64,000 bases of DNA from assembly GCF_009914755.1 (NCBI RefSeq), contig NC_060931.1; one strand, given 5' to 3'. Shown one piece after another: positions 56,075 through 64,000 of this stretch. The DNA comes from the human T2T-CHM13v2.0 reference genome, Homo sapiens. Every line of letters begins with the position of its first letter. Within the stretch, counting starts at the first letter, position 1. The notes below the pieces were generated by a model. It did no database searches and was not told the DNA's origin. It worked only from the letters and a program-made list of their open reading frames with translations. The translations under genes were made by a program, and so were the position numbers.

Positions 56075-57149
56075 GTGTAATGTCAGTCACTGAATTTATA
56101 TCTGGTACTATAAGATATTTTACTTTCCTGACTATGGCATAGAACTTTTATCTCCAGATTCTTCATCTTATCAGAATTATTTTTCTCTCTGTCCATCCAG
56201 ATAGTTTTCTGGAATGTTGGGCATTAATGGTTTCTGTTAGTCGAGGATTTCTGTTCTGTTGAATTTGTATTTGGTAATTAGCAGGAATTTTAGCTTTATA
56301 CAAGCAGTCCTCACATGAACATAATCTGTTATGTGGTAAGTACATCCCTAGGTATGCACTTGGTTCATTATTTGCTTCCTTGGTCAGAATCAAAACATAA
56401 ACTGGTCAAATATATTTTCCCTAGGGATTCTTGTAGAAGTGGCTTTCCGTGGAATCTTCTAGAGTTAATTCCTCAATGTTGTATGTTTCTCAGGAAGTAT
56501 TTCTTCAAGAAAAATTATTCAAGGTCTATATGCTTATCTAGAGGAAGGACGACGATCCCAACTCCTTTCCTTCTTGAGTTTCTTCTTTTGACTCAGAGTC
56601 GGTAACCTTGTGCCTATTGGCAGCTTCTCAATGAGAACACTGTAGAGCACATTATCTTTTCAGCAATGTCAAATTTGTAGGTTTCTAAGGAACTTGGCAA
56701 TGGCTTCAAAATTTTCTACATTTGCATACTATGTGCAAAAGGACATATTTAAAAATAAAGCAATAGAAAAAAAACTTGTCCTTAAAACTCAAAGCAAATA
56801 CTCAACTTACACTCCACTAACAACTTAAATTAGAGCAATCTATGTGGATAAAATTCATTGTATGCCACCTTCAATGAAAGCCTTGTTCAGTAGGTTTGAC
56901 AGATCAAACTTACCTTCATGTCGCAGGTATTCCCGTAGTGGAGAATATATTCATATATTAAAATAGTTTCTATTACTATTTTAAATTCAACTTTTTGATG
57001 TCTATAAGTTTTAGATTAGAAAAAACTCTATATTTAGGATGACAGAATTATGTTACTGAATGATCAAATTGGGAATTAGTATCAGGATTACTATATGTCA
57101 GAGCTGTCTAAATAGGCTTCAAACCAATGGGCATAAAACATTAAATAAG

Positions 57150-59920
57150 TTCAAAGATTTTGACCCAGAAATTCCACTTCCAGAAGTTTGTTCTAAGAAA
57201 ATAATTCAGGATTTATTTATGGATTTTTGTGAAAAGATTCCCTCTAGAGTATTTTTTATTGTAATGATAAAATATGGGAAATAAATATTTGCAAGTATGA
57301 GGTTAGCTAAATCACTTGTATTACATTCGTATAACTTACACATTAAAAATGATGTTTTAAGCAAAAAGCTTAGAAACATTCCAGATGCCCATTAATAAGT
57401 TCTTGTTGAATACAAAGTAATCCATTCACACAATGGAATGCCGTGTCACTGTAAAAAGGAATGAGGAAGCTCTCTATTATAAGCTGATATGGAGTAACTT
57501 CCAGGATGTATTAGCAAGTAAAAAAAGTAAGATTCAGAAGGGTATATATAATATATAGCCGCTTGTGTATATGTATGTATATTTATATAATAAAACATTC
57601 AGCAAAGAAAACAGGTATAAAAGCAAGATTTCTGTGAAAATACCTTGTGAAATAACATTGACATTTGAAACTAATGAAAGCTTTACATTTTAAAAATTAA
57701 ATAAAAAAGATACAGTAGAGTAATTCCTACAAATTCAAAACTAAAATAAATGAACTTAACTACATATTAAGTTGATGACATTACTGCAGAGAGAAAAAAT
57801 TATATCTGGTTGATTTAGAAACAATATTTTGACTATATATATTTAGTGTGATGTATTCTAAGGATGAATATAGTTGCAAACACATTTTGCAACTAAATTA
57901 TTCCGTTTTTTCGTTGTTAGTAACAACATTGGTATTATTTCAAAACTCTTATATCTATTGTAGGATATAAATATGTAATTATTTTAACATCAGTAATCAC
58001 AATTTTCAATGTAATAGAAGAGAGATAGAAGTAGAAAATCAAATAAGTAGAAATCTCATAGTATACAATTTTAATTGAGATTATCAGGTGGACTCTTTTT
58101 TTTTTCATTTCACAACTCGTATATTTCCTAGCTCTGTCCACTTAAAAGGATGAAAATATTAATAACCATTAATTAACAAGAGCATACTTAGTGCTCAGAT
58201 TGCAGCTTAAATATTGTTTTCAGTATTATTTACTTGCAGGAATGGCTTATTTCAGATCTGGGATAGAATGTTTTCAAGATTAGCCTGGGCCATATTGTGC
58301 CTGAAAGTAAGATAACTATGACTGTGTTGCATCAAGAGAAAAAACATGAAAGAGCTACTATTTGCCAAAGTTGAGACAATTTTGCTTCAAAAAAGAATAA
58401 TGAAAAAAACTTATTGAAACATGTTTATTATATTAAAGCCTATTAATTATAACAATACTAAGAGGAAAAAATGACAAAAAAGCCACAAATCCAAACAAGT
58501 TCACTGTGTGAGGACTCCCCAAGACCATTCCCATGTTCAATGATTCACTAGGAGTACTTACAAGATTCAGCATGTAGTGTAATCATGACTAAAATTGATT
58601 ACAGTCAAAGAATACAAAGCAAAATAAGCAGGAAAAGGCACATGCAGTAAAGTCCAGGGGAAACCAAGCTCAAGTTTCCAGGAGCTCTTTCTCTGTGGAG
58701 TCACACACAGTGCGTTTAGTGCTCCCCACAATGAGGTATAACAAAACGTGAAGAGTTGTCTGTCAGGGAACCTTGTTAGAGACTCAGTGCCCAAGGTTTT
58801 AATTGGAGGCTGGTCACATAGGAACGATCTGCCTAGCATGCACCAAAATTCCAGGCACAGGAAGGCAGGTATTCAGCACAAACCACATTGTTTTGACAAA
58901 CAAATTTACGTACAATGAGCCACCCTTATCAGTTCTGGCATTGTTAGGAGTCCTTCTGACTTCTAAGTTCCCAGATGCCAGCCAAAAGCCGATCTTTTAA
59001 GCAGCACTTTGTAAAGATATGCAGTCTCAGATCTGCTTTGTTAATACTGTTTTTGCATACTCATTTCATTAGACATCACTGAAAGTGAAGAAGGGAGTAA
59101 ATCCTTACTCTGAAAATTAGCAATTAAAGAGAAAAACTTAAAAATGTATTGAGATCTTCCTCTATGAACTATATGTCAGAGACACCAAATCTAGCTAACA
59201 AAAGAAAGTTACCTGCAGAATTACAGCTAATAAATGTGAAAGAAATAATAGAACTAGAAAATTGTCACTGTGTAACTCATAATGGAAGAATTAATTCATG
59301 CAGTGGTTATCAATGGATGAATCCACAAAATAGATGGTAGATGGGAAAATATATCATGGTAGAATTATACTGTCACAATCTAAAGCAATTGATTAATGTT
59401 AGTATAATAAAAATAAGACAATCAGATATTATGTGCCTTGTGATGTGATACAATGTAAAGTACATATACTTCAGAAAATAAAATAATACATATGAAACAT
59501 TTATAAATATACCTTATCTAATCAAACCTCTAGAGCTAACTTTCATTTAGATAAATAAGCTAAATACTGTCACAGGAAAGAAAATAGATGCACCCAGGAT
59601 ATGGAAATTTTTTTTTCAAACAAGTCAATGACTAGTGGAAAAAGAAGAAAGAAAAGATGACAAAGTAAATTGTGTAAATCTCGTTTGGATCCTGATTCAA
59701 ACAACTCAATTATAAACAGACATTTTGAACAAAACTGGAGTAATTTGCTTATGGCTAAGTGGTAGATAAACCGAAGAATTATTGTTAATTTTTGTAGCAT
59801 AAAAATGAAATTGTGATTATGTAAGAAAATGTAGACATTTTTAAAGAAGATGCACATGAAACATGTTAAAATAAAATACAAGGAGGTCTGGCATTTAAAA
59901 ATCTATCAGCAAAGAAAAAT
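57150..59920 (+). mobile_element. L1MC/MD-like 3' region, interrupted by an LTR
   Basis: tttgacccagaaattccacttc, caatggaatg..aaaaggaatgagg, gtttggatcctgattcaaacaa motifs. Confidence 0.65.
58505..59059 (-). mobile_element. MER21-family solo LTR
   Basis: gactcagtgcccaaggttttaattggaggctggtcacatagg; ttcccagatgccagccaa; gcagtctcag..ctgct..gttaa. Confidence 0.8.
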
Positions 59921-59934
59921 TAAAGAGATGAAAC

Positions 59935-62000
59935 AGAGGATTTCAGTTTCTAGCTAGGGACCAGATTTAATCTACATCTTTAAACAAGAAAACCAGACAA
60001 AATACGCCAAAATCCAAAGATTAGACATTGGACAGCAGTCAGCATAGGACTGGAATCCTTGAGAGAAGAAAAACAAACCAGGCGATTCCAATAACTATTA
60101 TCTTGGAAGCAATTTCTAGGCCAGAGTGCATGGAGAGGGAATTCAAACAACTTTGTATTCTTCCTAAGTCAGTGAACTAGAGAACAAAGTTTGAGGAAGC
60201 CACAATGGCTAAAATTTTGGGGCAGAATACCAGAGATAAAAGAGGTGGAGAGAGACAGAGAGAGAGAGTGGGCCCTCTGGATATCTCTAGAAGGGTTTCC
60301 TTCTGGCTGAATACAGAGCTGCACATGCGTATGAGGAAACCATCCAAGCCCAGGGACATCGTCACAAGAAATCTGTAAGCTGGATAATTCCTGGAGCTAT
60401 TATAAGTCTGGGAACAATTCAGGTCTCCAGTAATCAGAGTGGAAAGATCTTCTAATACATAGGACTTCTAGCAGAATTTTCAGAAGGGTTTTAGTAGTTG
60501 GGCTATATTACATAGGCAGCTCTAGATTTGCCCTAGTAAAATGTAAAAGCATGACATAAAGGATCAAATTGACTCACAAGTAAGTTAACTGCATGGCCAG
60601 AATAAAGTCAAACCATATTTTTTAAAATGCAGAAAAACCCAGCAGCATACAAGAAACATAATTTTCACAATGTTTGGTAAACAATAAAAAATTACCAGGC
60701 ATGCAAAGATGAATGATGATATGACAAATGACCAGGAAAAAGAATCAATAAAAACACACCCCAAATGCCAGAGTTGATGGTGTTATTCAACAAGGATAAA
60801 AAAAAACACAGTGATTTAAAATATGCTATGTAATAGAGAAAAATTGAACATCTTGAAAATAGAATGGATATTTTACAAAAGACAAAATAGGACTTTCAGA
60901 AATAAAAGTATAGTATATGAAATGAAAAAAAAAACACTATCAGATGGGATTAATAGCGGATTAGATTCTACAAAAAATATCATTGAACTTGATGGCATAG
61001 CAAATGATACAGCCCAGAGTGAAGCACAAATAAAGAATGGTTAAAAAAAAAAGAAAATAGTCTCAATGAGCTGTGGGAAAATAATAAGCATTGAGTATAA
61101 TATAAGTACAATTAATATCCCAGAAGGACATAAGAAAGTGGAGGGAGGAAGCAGAAAAAAAAAATCATCATTTAGAAATATTTCAAATTTGCTGAAAACA
61201 ATAAACCCACAAATCCAAGAAAGTCAGTGAACCTCAAGTAGAGGAAATATAGAAAGCCGTATCAAGGTACATTGTAAGCAAATTGTTAATAATTAAGTAT
61301 AAAGAGAACATTTTAAAAGTTAACAAAAATAGTAACAATAGAATTATTAAAAATGATGTAAGCTATAAGACAAAAGAGTGACATTCTTAAAGTACTAAAA
61401 TTTAAAAATATTTGTCAACCTAGAATTCTATCTCAATTCAGTATTTTATTTCTTGTATAGTTCATTTATTTTCCTGTTCTTCATTGCAACACTAATGATT
61501 TTTTTCTAATTAAAAAGCAAAAGACTTTTTCAGGTACACAAAGCTGAGAGAATTTATCATTAGTAGGCCAGCATATCAAGAAATGTTAAAGGAAGCTCTT
61601 CCTTTTGTTTTCAGGTAGAAAACAAAATGATACTGAATGGAAATATGAATGTACATAAAGGGATAGCAGTCACTAGAAATAATAAATATGTAGGCAAACA
61701 TAGAAGAGATTTTATTTCATTTTTAATTTATTTAAAAGGTAGTTGACTGCTTACAGAAAAATAAAAATAGCTATATATTGGGTGTTTATAGATGCAAAAT
61801 GTGTGACAACAATAGCACAAAGGCTGGGAGGGGAAAATGGAACTAGACTGGTGTAGCGTTCTTGTACTATATATGAAGTGATCTAATATTATTTAAAGTT
61901 AAAATGTAATCAGATAGGATTTAAACTCTGGAACAATCACATAAAAATAAAACAGAGTTATAGATAGTATACCACTGGTGGAGATAGGATAGAATTTAAG
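59935..62000 (+). mobile_element. Old L1M 5' UTR/ORF1 region (disrupted)
   Basis: ORF 60823-61044 resembles the L1 ORF1 coiled coil (DGINSGLD..IIELD); tgtcaacctagaattctatctc motif. Confidence 0.75.
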
Positions 62001-62007
62001 AGAACGC

Positions 62008-62310
62008 GGCCAGGCGCAGTGGCTCATGCCTGTAATCCCAGCACTTTGGGAAGCTGAGGCAGGCGAATCACCCGAGGTCAGGACTTTGAGACCAGCGTGG
62101 CCAAAATACTGGCCACAGCGTGGCCCCTTCTCTACTAAAAATACAAAAATTAGCTGGGCGTGGTGGCGGCCACCTGTAATCCAAGCTACTCAAGAGGCAG
62201 GAGAATTGCTTGAACCCAGGAGGTGGAGGTTGCAGTGAGCCCAGATAGCGCCATTGTACTCCAGCCTGGGTGACAGAGCGAGACTCCGTCTCAATAAAAA
62301 AGAAAAGAAA
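62008..62310 (+). mobile_element. AluS with internal rearrangement
   Basis: ggccaggcgcagtggctcatgcctgtaatcccagcactttggg ... gagactccgtctc. Confidence 0.96.
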
Positions 62311-62591
62311 ATGCAGTGCAATGAAAGGCAGAATAGAAAAAAAGTAAGGAAGAACAAAAGAGGCAAACAAAAGAAACATCCCAAGAAAGTAGATTCAGAC
62401 TCAATTACATTAATAATGATATTAAAAGTAAATGGAAATTCCTACAATGCAATTATAAGAAGACAACCCAACTGACAAAATGGACAAAGATTTAAATAGA
62501 GACTTTACCAATGAAGATATGGCTAATAAGCATACGAGAAGATTACTGACAACATTAGTCATTAGGGAAATGCAAATTAAAATCACAAGGA

Positions 62592-62905
<314 letters not shown>

Positions 62906-63334
62906 AAATCACAATGATATACCATTTCATACTCACCAGAATGAGTTTCATTACAAAGACTAACAATACCAAATATTGATGAGAATTTAGAGAAATGTGA
63001 CTCTAAATTGCTGGTGTGAATGTAAAAACAGCCACTTTGGAAGACGATTTAGCAGTTTTTTTTTTTAAAAAAGTTTAATACACTTTAGAAGAAGACAAAG
63101 CAATACCACTCCTAAGTACATCCAAGATAAATGAAAATCTATGTCTACACAGAGACTTGAAATTGAGTGTTTATATTACAATAGTTACATCTAAATGGCC
63201 CAACACATCCATTAACTGGTACATGGTTAAGCAAATGTGGCATATCAATGAAGTGGGATACTAGTAAAAAAGAGAAAGAATGAATATTGATACGTGCTTT
63301 ATCATGGATGAACTTCAAAACCATTAAGCTAAGT

Positions 63335-63514
63335 GAAGAAGGAGGAGGAGGAGGAGGAGGAAAGGAAGGCAAGCGGACAGGAAGGAAGAAGGGAGGAGGA
63401 GGAGGAGGAGGAGGAAAGGAAGGCAGGCAGGCAGGAAGGAAGGAAGAAGGGAGGAGGAGGAGAGGGAAGGAAGGAAGGAAGGAAGGAAGGAAGGAAGGAA
63501 GGAAGGAAGGGAGA
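63335..63514. repeat. Compound (GGA)n/(GGCA)n/(GGAA)n polypurine repeat
   Basis: Seen directly; explains the low-complexity ORFs at 63145-63631. Confidence 0.97.
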
Positions 63515-64000
63515 CCACCACACAAAATACACATAGGTTTCAATTTATTTGAAATCCTTAGAAAAGAAGAATCTATAAGGACAGAAGTATATTGGTGGTT
63601 GTCTTGGTCTGGGCATAGAAATAAGAATTAATTGTAAATGGGCATAAAGGATTTTATGTGATGTAAACATTTGAAAACTGGATTATGGAACCTCGTGAGT
63701 TTATGAAAACTCATTGAATTGTACATTTCAAATTGGTTAATGTATTGTATCTAAATTATATTTAATAAAGTTGTTAAATAAGAAGTAAATGAAGTAAACA
63801 CTCAGAATAAAAGGCAGAGATTTTCAGATTGCATAAAAAAGCAGGACATAATTTTGTTTAAAAGAAACACTTTATTAAAGGCTCAAATAAGTTAAAAGTA
63901 AAAGAATGGAAAATATATACTATTAAAACAATCATGAGCGGAAGCTGAAGTAACTATATTAATATCAGACTAAGTACATTCCAAACCAAGCAATATGAAT

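Noticed and set aside
63145-63631. ORFs of up to 132 aa rich in G/E/K/R or P/S/F/L
   Set aside because: Translations of the purine microsatellite; no coding evidence.

Overview
This is AT-rich, CpG-poor primate (human-like) genomic DNA, intronic or intergenic, dominated by interspersed repeats. These include Alu/FLAM SINEs (several with intact target-site duplications), L1PA/L1M, L2 and MIR fragments, MaLR/ERV solo LTRs (THE1, MLT1, LTR8/54-like, MER21-like), DNA transposon remnants (MER1A, MER5A, MER20, MER53, MER58A, MER63A, MER102, Charlie1, MADE1) and microsatellites. I cannot support any protein-coding exon, structural RNA gene, CpG island or CRISPR array; the listed ORFs are short and lie in repeats or low-complexity sequence. 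I cannot identify the locus. I found no convincing new biological system. The most notable observations are structural: (1) a MADE1 MITE whose palindrome is extended by 61-bp inverted arms into a ~200-bp hairpin; (2) a 32-bp fossil copy of a pre-Alu empty site captured inside a neighbouring L1; (3) an L1PA bracketed by a 20-bp direct repeat that also encloses ~185 bp of downstream DNA; (4) a ~316-bp tandem duplication of a MER102; (5) possible ancient RTE-clade reverse transcriptase remnants. Repeat subfamily names come from recalled consensus motifs, not from a RepeatMasker run, and boundaries of old elements are approximate.
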